Shown here piece after piece: positions 39,461 to 53,684 of a stretch of 64,000 nt of DNA. Made by a program: the position numbers and the translations under genes. The first letter of the stretch is position 1, and every line of letters starts with the position of its first letter. The notes beneath the pieces were generated by a model that saw only the letters and a list, made by a program, of their open reading frames with translations, ran no database searches and had not been told where the DNA came from. Source of the stretch: Octopus sinensis (Eukaryota); assembly GCF_006345805.1 (NCBI RefSeq), contig NC_042997.1, forward strand, positions 23,622,001-23,686,000, read 5' to 3'.

Positions 39461-40151
39461 CAGTGGCGGCTCGTAGATAAAATTTGTGGGGGTATTGCTT
39501 CAGAAAATTTTTAGCCGTTGTTTTGATATTGTGTAAAAGGAAACAAACATATAAAAAGGAAATTTATACATTATAAAGTTGATCGGTTCGCATTTTAGCC
39601 ATTGCCGGGTAGTGTGCTTAATTTGTTCACTAAACACCGCCGCGAATACCTCTTATTTTTCAAAAATCCCCCCTAAATTACAAAATAAGGTGGGGAATGT
39701 GCCCTACTTTTCAAATCCTGGTAGCAACACAAGCTGGAAGCAAGATAATAATCTAATTCTATACTTTATCACATTCAAGCATTTTAAACCCGTTTTTAAG
39801 CACATCACACGCGGAGTCAAAATAAACACTACTTTGCACCAGCACACAAAGGTTGGCACAGCATGAACGACGGTGCTGTCTCTCCCTAGCGCAAAACTTC
39901 CTATCTCTGACATGTGAGCTTGCGCACATCAGCCAAACACCGCGTCACTGGAATTGTGAAGCGCACAGTTTTATACAAGGATTTTTGTATTTTTTTCATA
40001 AACTGATATTAAGTTTAAGGATTATAAAATGTACAAGTATAAAGAAAGAATTAAAGAAAAAAAGGACGCATTATATTGAATGTTATCGATAATATTGAGT
40101 GCAAATAGGGGGTGCTGAAGTTCCGTAGTGCCTATCCACGAGCCGCCACTG
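39461..40151. mobile_element. hAT-type MITE (691 bp)
   Basis: TIR CAGTGGCGGCTCGT(A/G)GATA and perfect 8-bp TSD CTGCTAGG (39453-39460 / 40152-40159). Confidence 0.9.
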
Positions 40152-40320
40152 CTGCTAGGGACCTGAAAAGCCACATATTAGGGCAGAACATCATGTTTAT
40201 TTACCAGGCATTATAGTTTGGTGCAACACAAGAATGAGCTGGGCCATTCTTTCATGACGTAGTATGACTGGCCCCATTCAAAAAGGCTTTGAAAGTTTAA
40301 CGCTCAATCAAAAGAGTTTT

Positions 40321-40352
40321 GATGTTTCGGAGGCAAGTCCTTCATCAGAAGG
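40321..40352 (-). ncRNA. Decayed hammerhead-like motif
   Basis: CUGAUGA-A-GGA-CUUGCC-UCC-GAAAC-AUC. The core and stem II are intact; helix III (ACAU in place of ACGU) and helix I are damaged. Confidence 0.4.
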
Positions 40353-40405
40353 AAGAATAGACAAGAATGAATAAAAGAGGAGAACGAATTAGAAAATATG
40401 GAGAA

Positions 40406-40440
<35 letters not shown>

Positions 40441-40950
40441 AAAGCGAAAGTGTTATGGGCCTGGGGGGGAATGTGGCTCTGTGGGATGAATTAGGAAGGG
40501 ATGGGGAAGGATGATGTGTGCACATTTAGGAGGGTATCAGTGATAGAAATCGCATAAAGAGGTGTGTGTGTGTGTGTGTGTGTTGGTTTGGTGACGCGTG
40601 TGGTTTTTGGGATGTCTGTAGGTGTGTGATGACGAACGAAACTGCTCGGATTTCTAAGTCTCTTATAATCTATGTGTGTGTGTGGTGTATGTGTGTACAC
40701 TGATGTGGTGTGGGTTGCCAGGCCGGTGCAAGGCAAGTATCGAGGGGGAAGGAGACTATTTTATTTATTTATTTATTTATTCATTCATTCATTATTTTCT
40801 TTTCTTTTGAAATGTTGCACTTCTAAAAATTTTGTGCTCACGGCAATCATCCCCGTGACCTCAGCTATGCTACACCAAAGTGTGCGAGTGTCTCTGTGTA
40901 TGTGTATATGTGTGAGTGCATGTGTGCAACTATTCAAAAATATATATACC

Positions 40951-40989
<39 letters not shown>

Positions 40990-41268
40990 TCGATTTTCTT
41001 TTGATCTTTTGGCTTTCAATTAAGATGAAGTTGATATACCAGATATATGTATATTATTAAGATGTAATATATATATATATATATATATATATCTATAATA
41101 TATATATATATGTATATATACACATATATATATATATGTATATACTATATATATATTTATGTATATATATATATATATACATATAATATATGTATTATAT
41201 GTGTATATATATTATATATAATTATACATATAAATATACATATGAATAACATACATATATATATAATA

Positions 41269-41323
<55 letters not shown>

Positions 41324-41589
41324 TTATATGTATATATCTATACTGTATATATGTGAGCATATACGTGTGTATATATATTCACAAATACACACGCATATGC
41401 ACACACACACACAGCCACACGTGTATATTACAAATTTAATTTCATGAAATTCTCTCCCATTTTTCCCCTCTTTGAATGTCACTAATAATTAACCTTAAGG
41501 TTTTGCATTCATTCTCCAAGTAAGTGGCAAATTCTAATTCATTAAGAACTTTATACACACACACACACACACTCACCCGTCATTCAGTA

Positions 41590-41842
41590 CACCAGCACCA
41601 CCACCAGCACCAGCACCAGCACCACCAGCACCAGCACCACCACCACCACCACACCACCACCACCACACCACCAGCAACCACCACACCACCACCACCTCAC
41701 CCACCAGCACCCACCACCACCACCACCAGCACCACCACCACCACCAGCACCCATCACCAGCACCACACCACCCAGCACCACCAGCACCAGCACCACCATC
41801 ACCACCAGCACCACCAGCACCACCACCAGCACCACCACCAGC

Positions 41843-41873
<31 letters not shown>

Positions 41874-44295
41874 CACCACCAGCACCAGCACCACCATCAC
41901 CACCAGCACCAGCACCACCACAACCACCAGCCCACCACCAGCACCACCACCACACCACCCCACCACCACCACCACCACCTATCACCACCATCACCACACC
42001 ATCACACCACCATCACCACACCACCACCACCACCACACCACCACCACCATCACCACCACACCATCACCACACCATCACCAGCACCAGCACCACCACACAC
42101 CACCACACCCCACCAGCACCACCATCACCACCAGCACCACCACCACCATCACCACCACCACCACACCACCATCACCACCACCACCACCACCACCACACCA
42201 CCATGCACCACCACCCAGCACCATCACCCCAGCACCACCAGCACCATCACCACCATCACCACCATCACCATCACCATCACCACACCACCACCATCACCAC
42301 CACCACCACCACACCACCACCATCACCACCACCACCACCAGCACCAGCACCACCACACCACACCACCACCACCAACCACCACCACCACCAGCACACCCAC
42401 CACCCCCACCATCACCACCACCACCACCAACCACCAGCACACACCCCACCACCAGCACAGCACCACCAGCACACCATCACCATCACCAGCACCATCAACC
42501 ACCAGCACCACCACACCACCACCACCACCACCACCACCAACCAACACCACCACCACCACCAACCACCACCACCACTCATCACCATCACCACCACCACCAC
42601 CACCACCACCACCACCACCACCACCATCACCACCACCAACCACAACACCACCACCACCACCACCACCATCACCACCACCACCACCACCATCACCATCAAC
42701 CACCAGCACCATCACCAGCACCATCAACACCACCACCATCACCACCAGCACCACCAGCACCACCACACCACCACCACCACCACACCACCACCACCACATC
42801 ACCACCACCACCACACCACCACCACCACCACCACCCACCACCACCACCACCACCACCACCACACCACCCACCCCCCATCCCCCCCCCCCACCACACCACC
42901 ACCACCACCCCACCACCACCCACCACCAGCACCACCATCACCACCAATCACCACCAGCACCAGCACCACCACCACCACCACCACCATCACCACCACCACC
43001 ATCAACCACCACCTACCACCACCACCATCACCACCACCACCACCACCATCACCACCACCCCACCACCAGCACCATTACCACCATCACCACCACCACCACC
43101 ACCACCACCACCAACCATCACCACCACCAACCCACACCCCACCACCACCCATCACCACCACACCACCAGCCACCACAGCACCACCACCACCACCACCATC
43201 ACCAGCACCATCACCACCACCACCACCACCACCACCACCACCATATCACCACCACCACCACCACCATCACCACCACCACCACCACCATCCCCCCACCACC
43301 AACCCCCACCCCACCACCACCACCCACCACCAGTCACCACCATCACCACCATCAACCACCAGCACCACCACCATCACCACCACCATCACCATCACCATCA
43401 CCATCACCACCCACCATCCCCACCATCACCACCACACCACCATCAACCAGACCACCACCACCAAACCCCACCACCATCACCATCCCCACCATCACCACCA
43501 CCCCACCACACACCACCACCACCAGCACACCATCACCAGCATCCACCATCACCACCATCACCATCACCACCAGCACCACCTCCACCACCATCACCACCAT
43601 CACCACATCACCACCAACCATCCCACCACCATCACCACCCTCACCACCACCACCAACCACCACCATCACCACCATCACCACCAACCACCACCACCATCAC
43701 CACCACCACACCATCACCACCATCACCACCACACCATCAACCACATCACACACAGCCATCACCACCATCACCACCATCACCACCATCACCACCATCACCA
43801 CCACACACATCACCACCATCACCATCACCACCAACCACCACCATCACCACCACCATCACCAGCACCACCAGCACCACCATCACCCACCATCACCACACCA
43901 CCCCAGCACATCACCTCACCACCGATCACCACCATCACACAGCACCCACCATCACCATCACCACCATCACCACCAGCACCACCAGCACCATCATCCACAC
44001 CATCACCATCACCACCACCACCATCACCAGCACCACCACCACCATCACCATCACCACCACCACCATCACCACCATCACCACACATCACCACATCACCACC
44101 ATCACCACCATCACCATCACCACCACCACCATCACCACCATATCACCAGCACCACCATCACCACCATCACCACCATCACCATCACCACCAGCTCCACCAC
44201 CACCACCATCACCACCACCACCACACTCCACCACCACCAACCACCTCCACCCCACCACCATCGCCACCACCACCACCAGCGCCACCACCACCTTC
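41590..44295. repeat. Degenerate (CAC)n array of about 2.7 kb with CAG/CAT variants
   Basis: Directly visible; explains the 931-aa and 723-aa ORFs. Confidence 0.95.
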
Positions 44296-44559
44296 ATCGG
44301 CATCACCGTTTCTAACTGATCTTCGTTTCGTTCTTTCTATTGTACACAGATCTGATTTTCTTTGCTTCCAGTAGGTTATTATTATATCGAATACATTACA
44401 GCAGCGGCACACGTTCAGATATTGAATATCTTCAATGTGTGCCGGTCTTTATCGACCGATAAAAACATGTTCAAATCGCAAGCCAAGATTGAGAGATGAC
44501 AGACGCACACACAGGCTGTCAGATAGGACGGCGATCAAACGGACCAAAGTCAGAGCCGA

Positions 44560-44569
44560 CCGAACAAAT

Positions 44570-44613
<44 letters not shown>

Positions 44614-44687
44614 GTCAGACAGTCAGACAGTCAACTATCTCACTCACAGACACTACCGCACCCGCACACGCTCATATTGACAGACGA

Positions 44688-44722
<35 letters not shown>

Positions 44723-45628
44723 TTGTCATACACATACACAGATTTAGATGTACTCGTATATACCATGTCACTCATATATATATATATATATATATTTTTG
44801 TATATATATTTTTGTATGTATATGTATATATGTGTGTATATAAATATGTATATATATACATTTGCATATATATATGTATATATGTATATATATGTGTGTA
44901 TATATATGTATATATATATATATATGTGTGTATATATATGTATATGTATATATGTATATATGTGTGTATAAATATGTATATAGATATGTATATATATCGT
45001 TATATATATATATATATATGTATGGATATATCGATAGATATATATATGTGTATATATATATATACATATATGTATACATATGTGTATATATAATAATATA
45101 TATATATATATATATATTTTGATCCATAGTGTCACACATACTGGCAAAGTTACCCGGACTCCGACATGATCACAGAATGATACAGACACAAAACGATCCC
45201 CACACTCACGCACACGCACACATACACGCACACGCATACACACACCAACTCAAACGTGCATCCGTACATACAGAGAGGAGGTACAGAGGCGTACAGACAG
45301 TCACAGTTTCATACAGGCATGCAGATATATACGTACACGAGTACGTACATCCACGAGCTAACAATACCCGCAAATACAAACGCACATACACACAAGCATA
45401 AACACAAACATATATACGCATGAATGCGTCCGCACAAACCCACATATGCACGCTGACGTATGCACACACGTGTATGCACAGATATATGCTCACACACCGC
45501 CCACACAAACAACAGGCAAATGAATAAACGCAACCATACATAAGTACAACCAATCATACAGAAACACACACATACATACATACATACATACATACATACA
45601 TACATACATACATACATACATACATCAT

Positions 45629-45673
<45 letters not shown>

Positions 45674-46400
45674 TACATACATACATACATACATACATAC
45701 ATACATACATACATACATACATACATTTATAGATATATTTACAAATACATAAAGTAATACTGTCACACATACACACACACACACATTCAATATTTCATAT
45801 AAAAACATATTCAGACACACACGTGTTCCTATATTCACATACGCACACATTTTTCACATATGTTTACACACACAAGGCAAACATACGTTCAAAACACAGT
45901 TACACACGCATACACACATTCTCATACACACATTCTCATACACACATTCTCATACACACTTAAATTTTTACACACACACTCACACGCACACGTGTTCTCT
46001 CATACATTTGCATACATTTATATACACGTATCGATAGACGCATATATACATACACGCTTACATACATGTAGACACGCACACACGCACGCACGCACGCATT
46101 CGCATGCACACACACACACCTCCACAAACTTATATACATTTATATATACACACATACTTACATACGTAAATATACACACACATGCACACATAATCACACT
46201 CATACACACATATATATCCACATAAAGACAAACATAAATATATATACACGCTTATATACGCATTCGCACACATTTACATCGACTTACACATAGATACAAG
46301 CTCAGACCTTTTAACGTACAGACGTATAGAGACACTTACACGCACGCATTTTCTCACATACATACACATACATACAATCTCATGGACGTGGAGACACGCA
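44560..46400. repeat. Mixed (GCCA)n, (CA)n, (TA)n and (CATA)n microsatellite region
   Basis: Directly visible. Confidence 0.9.
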
Positions 46401-46574
46401 CAGAAACACAAACAGTTCCGTTCTTAAACAGTTCTCCCATCTTATCCTATCTAATTATATATTCCTTCCTCTATACACTCTGTATTCGACCTTAGGCCTT
46501 TGATCTCTATAACACGGCTTCAGCTTCACACATAAAAGAACCATAGATAGCGGCCGAGCGAATCCGTTGAACAT

Positions 46575-47323
46575 CACCATCACCGTCGTCGTCGACATCA
46601 CAAACATCATCGTCACGAGCATCATCATCATCATCATCGTCATCATCATTATCATCATCATCATCGTCGTCATTATCACGACCACCATCATCACAGTCAT
46701 CATCGTCGTCGTCGTCGTCGTCGTCATCATCATCATCATCATCATTGTGGTGGTCGTGGTCGTCGTTGTCGTAATCATCGTCGTCGTCATCATCATCATC
46801 ATCATCGCCTCCCCTATCACCATACAACTACCATTCCACCACCACCACCACCACCACCACCACCACCACACCACCATCACCATCTCCACCACCACCACCA
46901 CCATCACCATCTCTACCACCACCACCACCACCACCACCACCACCACAACTATTATCACCACTACCATCACCACTACCACCATCGTAATTATCGCCACCAT
47001 TGTTATTACCACCGCCGTTACCGCCGCCAGCATTAGCAGCAGCGCCACCTTCAGCAGCAGCGCCACCACTACCAGCACCATCATCATCATCACCATCAAC
47101 ATTATTAACACCAGTAGCAACAGCAACGTTAATACAATAGAAAAACAAATACAAGGAAGAGGAGGCAGATGAGGAAGGTGACAGATGATGGAGGGGGAAG
47201 AGAAGAAAGAGGGGAAGAAAGAAAACTTGGAAGAAGAAAAGAAGGAATGAATGTCGAAGAAAAAAAGAGAAAGAAAATCCGATATATTGATGGTGGTGGT
47301 GATGATGATGATGATGGTGGTGG

Positions 47324-47364
<41 letters not shown>

Positions 47365-47388
47365 GTGGTGGTGATGATGATGATGATT

Positions 47389-47427
<39 letters not shown>

Positions 47428-47490
47428 GTGGTGGTGATGATGATGATGATGATGATGTTGGTGGTGGTGATGATGATGATGATGATGATG
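46575..47490. repeat. (CAT/CGT)n-(CAC)n followed by (GAT/GGT)n arrays
   Basis: Directly visible. Confidence 0.9.
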
Positions 47491-47926
47491 ATGGCAGAAG
47501 GAAAGGAAATTTGGGGACAAAAGAAGAAATGAAAGAAAACGATGAAGACAAGACGATGATAAAGAATGATGAGGACGGAGGCGATGGTAGGGATGAGGAT
47601 GCTGATGCTGATAAGGATGAGAAAAGATAGAGGAAAAGAAAACATGGTTGATGAAGAAAAGTAGATGTGGAAAAGGGATCAGAAGAAGAAAAGGAAAAAG
47701 AACAGTAAGAAGCGCGATGACGAAGAAAGAGAAGGATCAACAAGAGGGAGAAGGCGGAGGCAAGAAATGCGACAATGAGGCAAGAAAAATAAAGAAGGAG
47801 AAGAACAAAGAGGAATGAAGGAAAATAAAAATAGAAAAGGCAGGAAAGAAAATGAAAGACGAAAAAAAAAGAAAATAAATATAAAAATTCAAAAACCAAC
47901 AAAACACCGAAGACGGAAGAAGGCGA

Positions 47927-47957
<31 letters not shown>

Positions 47958-48040
47958 TGTATGTATGTATGTATGTATGTATGTATGTGTCTGATTGTCT
48001 GTCTGTCTGTCTATGTATGTATCTGTCTGTTTGTCAATCC

Positions 48041-48110
<70 letters not shown>

Positions 48111-48193
48111 ATCTATCTATCTATCTATCTATACTCTTTTATATATATATAAATATCTGTAAATGTAATATGTGACAATTATTCGGTAGCCAT

Positions 48194-48254
48194 GATAAAA
48201 CTCCGAGTTTCGGATGTCGGGGTGGAAATCCACGCCGCCATCTCTTCAGTTATC
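48194..48254 (-). ncRNA. Type I hammerhead ribozyme motif
   Basis: GAUAA-CUGAAGA-GAUG..CAUC-C-GAAAC-UC-G-GA-GUU-UUAUC: 5-bp helix I, extended stem II, palindromic helix III, GUU triplet. Confidence 0.7.
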
Positions 48255-48382
48255 CGGCCATCGGAAAAAATGCTATGAAAATGACCGTTAAGCAATAGCT
48301 CTTTTGTCTTAATAACGGCCAATCACACAGTAATTTCCCTTTGTTTAACGGTAATTTTCATGGCATTTTTTTCCGATGACTG

Positions 48383-48443
48383 GATAACTGAAGAGATGGC
48401 GGCATGGATTTCCACCCCGGCATCCGAAACTCAGAGTTTAATC
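48383..48443 (+). ncRNA. Type I hammerhead ribozyme motif, mirror copy with one helix I mismatch
   Basis: GAUAA-CUGAAGA-GAUG..CAUC-C-GAAAC-UC-A-GA-GUU-UAAUC. Confidence 0.6.
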
Positions 48444-48552
48444 ATGGCTACCGAATAATTGTCACATATTACATTTACAGACAAATTCCTCTATTTACAT
48501 AATATCGAGGTCTCTTTCATTCTTTTGTTGTCTTACCATGTTTATCAATATA

Positions 48553-48611
<59 letters not shown>

Positions 48612-50039
48612 GTATACATACAATCAAAATAAGCAACAAGGATATCCAGAAGTAATGCAGTACAATCGTTTCATGCGACTCCATTTAATTGAACAATGCA
48701 AACATTACAGCAATTTAAAATGTAGAGTAATCTTCAACTGCATAAAGATATAGAATTTAGTTAAATTCGAAGGACCCATTTGTGTAATTTTTTTAATTCA
48801 AAATCACCAAGAGGATAAGGAGATAGTAAAGGAACATGTTTTATCAACATCACAACTGTGATATATGTATGTATATATATAAATTGTGCATGTATATGTG
48901 TGTGCTTGTGAGTGTGTGTCATTTACCACGTATTGACAAAGGGTGTTGTACTTACATTCTTGTAACCTAGCGTTTCGGCAAAGAAACCGATAGAATAAGT
49001 AGCAGGCTTTTAGAAGATAAGACTTGGGTTGATTCATTCGACTAAGATTCCCCAAGGCTCCAGCATGACCGCAATCTAATGACTGAAACAAGCAAATGAT
49101 TAAAAGATATATTATAAAAGATATATTATGCTACAGTGTTATCTTATGTTACATTGTTATGCTGCGATTTAGCCCCACCCTCGATTACCGAAACACGAGA
49201 ACTTTAACACGAAATAACTTCGTAAATATAAACTTTTCTCATAAACGCTTAGAGTAAAAGATATTTTATATGACACATTCTACCAGTATACGAAGTTTGA
49301 AAGTGTTTAGTTACAAAAAATTATTTTCTAAATCTGCCGGTCAAAAGGTAAAGATATGACCCCGGTGCTCAACTCATACTTATTTTATCGGTTCCGATAT
49401 GGAAGAAAGACAAAAAGTCGACCTTTGCGGCATCTGGTGTCAGGATGTAAAGATGGACGAAATAATGCCGCCAAGCATTTTGCCCGGCGTGCTAACGATT
49501 CTGCCAGCTCGCCGCTTCGGATATAACGACATAATACTGGCAAACCCTTCTCCTCAAAAACCCCCCAAAAACAGTAACCCCCCCCCCGCAAAAAAAAACA
49601 TTAAAGCAAATTCCCTCAGCGTACCATAACCCTGGTAGAACGATGAAAATTGGGATAAGAGTTTGATCTTGTATTGGTCAAAGGATGCCGTGTCTATGGA
49701 TTTAGTTTGGAGAGAATTGAAAGACTTGGATTTATAGTGAAGAGATAAGGAGGAGGGAAGGGAAGGAGGGAGAGAAAGAAAGAGATAGTGTGAGGGGCGT
49801 CTGAGGATGTGTATGTGGGTAGGCATGTATGTATATGTTTGTGTGTGTGTTAGGGTACGGGGTGCGTATGAAGTTATGCGACTATATGTGTACGTGAAAT
49901 GAGTATGTATACATTTATGTATGTAGATGTAAGTTTGCATTTGCGAGTGCGTTTGTGGATATGGCTGTTTGTGTGTACACGCGCACACACACACACACAC
50001 ATACACATATATGTTCGTGTAGGTTCTACCTGATTGAAT

Positions 50040-51096
50040 ATATATGCATGTGTGACTCTCTGTGTGTGTGTGTGTGTATGTATGTATTTATCTCTGTTTG
50101 AGAACGTGTATATATGCATTTATGAATGTATGTATGTTTGTATGTCTGTATGTATGTATGTACGTACGCATGTACGCATGTATGTATATATGTATGTATG
50201 CATGTATGTATGTACGCATGTATATATGTATGTATGTATGTACGCATGTACGCATGTATATATGTATGTATGCATGTATGTATGTACGCATGTATATATG
50301 TATGTATGTATGTATGTATGTACGTACGCATGTACACATGTATGTATGCATGTATGTATGTACGCATGTATGTATGCATATATGTATGTACGCATGTACG
50401 CATGTATATATGTATGTATATATATATATATATATATGTATGAATGTATGTACGCATGTACGCATGTATATATATATGTATATATATATATGTATGAATG
50501 TATGTACGCATGTACGCATGTATATATATATATGTATATATATATATGTATGAATGTATGTACGCATGTATGTATGCATCCACGAACGAGCGCAGAGTAT
50601 ACCTGCATGCCTGTCTATGCGTGTGCGTGTTTGTGTGTGGTGCGTATGTCTGTTTGTCTCTCGATATGTGATTACATGTCTGTGTATGTATGTATGTACG
50701 CATGTATGTATGTACGTACGTATGTACGCATGTATGTATGTACGCATGTATGTATGTACGTACGTACGTACGTATGCATGTATGTATGTATGTACGTACG
50801 TACGTATGTATGTATGTATGTATGTATGTACGTACGTACGCATGTATGTATGTATGTATGTATGTATGTATGTATGTATGTACGTACGTACGTACGTATG
50901 TATGTATGTATGTATGAATGTATGTATGTATTATGTATGTACGCATGTATGTATGTATGTATGTATGTATGTATGTATGTATGTATGTTTGTATGTATGT
51001 ATGTACGCATGTATGTATGTATGTTTGTATCTGTGCGTGTGTGTATGCGTATACATTGAACATGTGAATACATGCATTCACTAGTGCGTTTCCTCC

Positions 51097-51127
<31 letters not shown>

Positions 51128-51130
51128 GTA
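50040..51130. repeat. (TATG)n array with TACG/CGCA variants
   Basis: Directly visible. Confidence 0.95.
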
Positions 51131-51499
51131 TCATTAATATGTGGACGTATTCTTGAGTGTGTTTGTGAATCGGTTTGTTTTATCGGCGCTAATGGGTGTT
51201 TGTGTGTTGGTCGCGGAAACTAAACATGGCAGTGAGCGATAAAAGAATAGGAATAAAGACATTTCTCTAGACAAAAATGGCGGTGGTGGCGGCGGTGGTG
51301 GTGATAGAAGTGGTGATAGTAGTAGTAGCAGTAGTGGTTGTGGTGGTGAGAGCGATAGTAGAGGCAGTGATGGTTGTAGTGGTGGTGGTGGTGGTGGTGG
51401 TGGTTGGTCTGGTGGCGGTTGTGGCGGTGATGGTAGTAGTTGTGTTAGTAGTGAAAACATACGCAATCACACACATATCCACCCACGTATACACACACA

Positions 51500-51900
51500 C
51501 ACATGCAGGCGTGCGTGCGTACACACACACATATGCACACACGTACTCTCACTTGCGTACATTTATATACAGATATAGACAAACATAAATATACATACAC
51601 ATATGTAGACACACACACTCACACATACGCACACACACATACACACACACGTACTCTCACTTGCGTACATTTATATACACATAGAGACAAACATAAATAT
51701 ATATACTTACACATATGTAGACACACGCACACTCACACATACACGCACACACATATACACACGTACTCTCACTTGCGTACATTTGTATACACATATAGAC
51801 AAACATAAATATACATACTTACACATATGTAGACACACACACTCACACATATACACACATACTCTCGCATAGATTTATATACACATATAGACAAAGATAA
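51500..51900 (+). repeat. Higher-order repeat of about 115 bp, three to four copies
   Basis: CACACGTACTCTCACTTGCGTACATTT...TAGACAAACATAAAT recurs at about 51540, 51647 and 51760. Confidence 0.85.
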
Positions 51901-51941
51901 ATGTACATGTTCACACATGTAGGTACATATGTAAGCATGCA

Positions 51942-51979
<38 letters not shown>

Positions 51980-53684
51980 CACGCACACACACACACGCAC
52001 ATACACTCACTCAGAGAAAGAGAAATAGTCAGAAGTGAAGAAGAAGACAAAAGGGCTCAAAACCAAGAAGGGATGCTGTTATATGGGGAGGTGAATTAAG
52101 AGGGGAGAAACGGATGTGTGAATAGATACAAGTATCAAAATATATCTGTGTACGGAAGCGGGGATTATCCTGAATAGACAAGATCCGAGGCATCTCTGCC
52201 ATTAATATCACCATCCACTGTGTTGCAACCACCAAAGGTCATTGATACCTTGTGTTTGTAAGATTTGGGGCTAACTGTCCTCAAGGTACCACTCAGTAGC
52301 CGGTGGACTCATTTTGTCAGCTAGAGCAACATGAAATGAAGCACCCCGCTCAAAATTAGAACGTGTAACCCTATCCTAGAATCGAACTCGAGAATATTCT
52401 TCTTAATCCATTCTAGTGTAATTACAAATACTTTGTTATAGGCGCTCGAGATTTCTTTTTAACAGTTTAGTCAGAAGAAGAAGGGCAGCTCCGGTGAACC
52501 TTTTCTAGGTTTTAGAAACTGGTGAGAGAAAGAGAACAGTTATCCTTAGATCAGAGAGTTGGTCTGGGTGATTGCAACAGACAGGGCACTGCCAAAGTCA
52601 TCGACAGGCCATGTAAACAGAATTGAAACTAGCTGACAGATCAAACCAAACCTCAAAGAGTTTATTCCGACAGCTTCCGATCAGAATTTCTGACAGCCAA
52701 ATTTCACTTACAAGAGAGGTCAACCCGACACTTGCTCAAGCTGTTTCGCAATGAGATCGAACCCGAAACGTTGCAGTTTCGAAGCAAATATCTTAAACAC
52801 TAAGCCATGCTTTCTCTCGTAATGAAGGAACTGAAGAAAGGCAAACTAAATTCAGGATTGATAAAATAAGGATTAAAAATGTAATATTCTAATTACAGTG
52901 CAGATGCCAAGCGGAAAGAGTACCGATCAATAACTGATCGATAGACCAGCGGTCGTATCCTATGTCTAGCAACGCACTATCATTTGTTAAGGAACTTGAT
53001 CCTCAAATATCTCAGCTTACTTTACTGAAAATAATTATCTCAGAGAATGTCAGTTTTGACACTGCTAGTCGGGACAAGCGGGGTGAAATCTTGTTGGGAG
53101 AAATAGGTTGCGCAAGGCTGATTTTCTTTCAAGATACATAGATCTTAAGCCTAAAAGTAAGGAAAGCTTTTGTGGTACCTGTGTGATCCAAGAATTCACT
53201 ATCACGCTTCTACGTGGTTACTTGAACAGCCGGAAATAATATCCAACTACCCTTGAAATTACATCCTACTGTGTCATGAGAGAAGGACAAAATGGTTAAC
53301 GTAGTTTTAAATACCTGCCAAAAGATTAAATAATCACAGCTGGAATAGAAAGCTGAAATGTGGCGGAATTATGATATCGGTTAAGGGACCATATTCACAA
53401 TATATTAGTATCAATTTAGTCAACTATTTTAACCAACTATTCTTACATCTTTCTATGTAAACAAGTGTCAAGAACGAATGATATTGAAACGAGGATGTTT
53501 GAGTCTTCGATTACTGATTACTACAAGTTCCCTGGTTTTAGTTGTCAGTTGATGCGAATTCATATTTATTACTCTACTAATGTTTTTGTGATGGTTACGC
53601 GCATTAGAATTCCCTATTTTTATCAAAATTAAAAAATATAGAATTCTTAGTCGTCCACTATCAGATATATTATTTGGTGAAGAT

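Larger units (their letters stand above)
48156..48481. mobile_element. 326-bp Penelope-like inverted repeat
   Basis: Arms 48156-48300 and 48337-48481 are reverse complements, each carries a hammerhead motif, and the structure lies between microsatellites. Confidence 0.75.

Noticed and set aside
41524-44374. 931-aa and 723-aa His/Thr/Pro-rich ORFs, reminiscent of His-rich cephalopod structural proteins
   Set aside because: They are translations of a (CAC)n array that cannot contain stops; composition switches with frame slips and there is no signal peptide or Gly-His motif structure.
44406-44443. 38-bp imperfect hairpin as a miRNA precursor
   Set aside because: Too short for a pre-miRNA, single copy, and without supporting context.
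46455-47902. Acidic, poly-Ile and poly-His ORFs of 150-396 aa
   Set aside because: They are trinucleotide-repeat translations with no domain signal.
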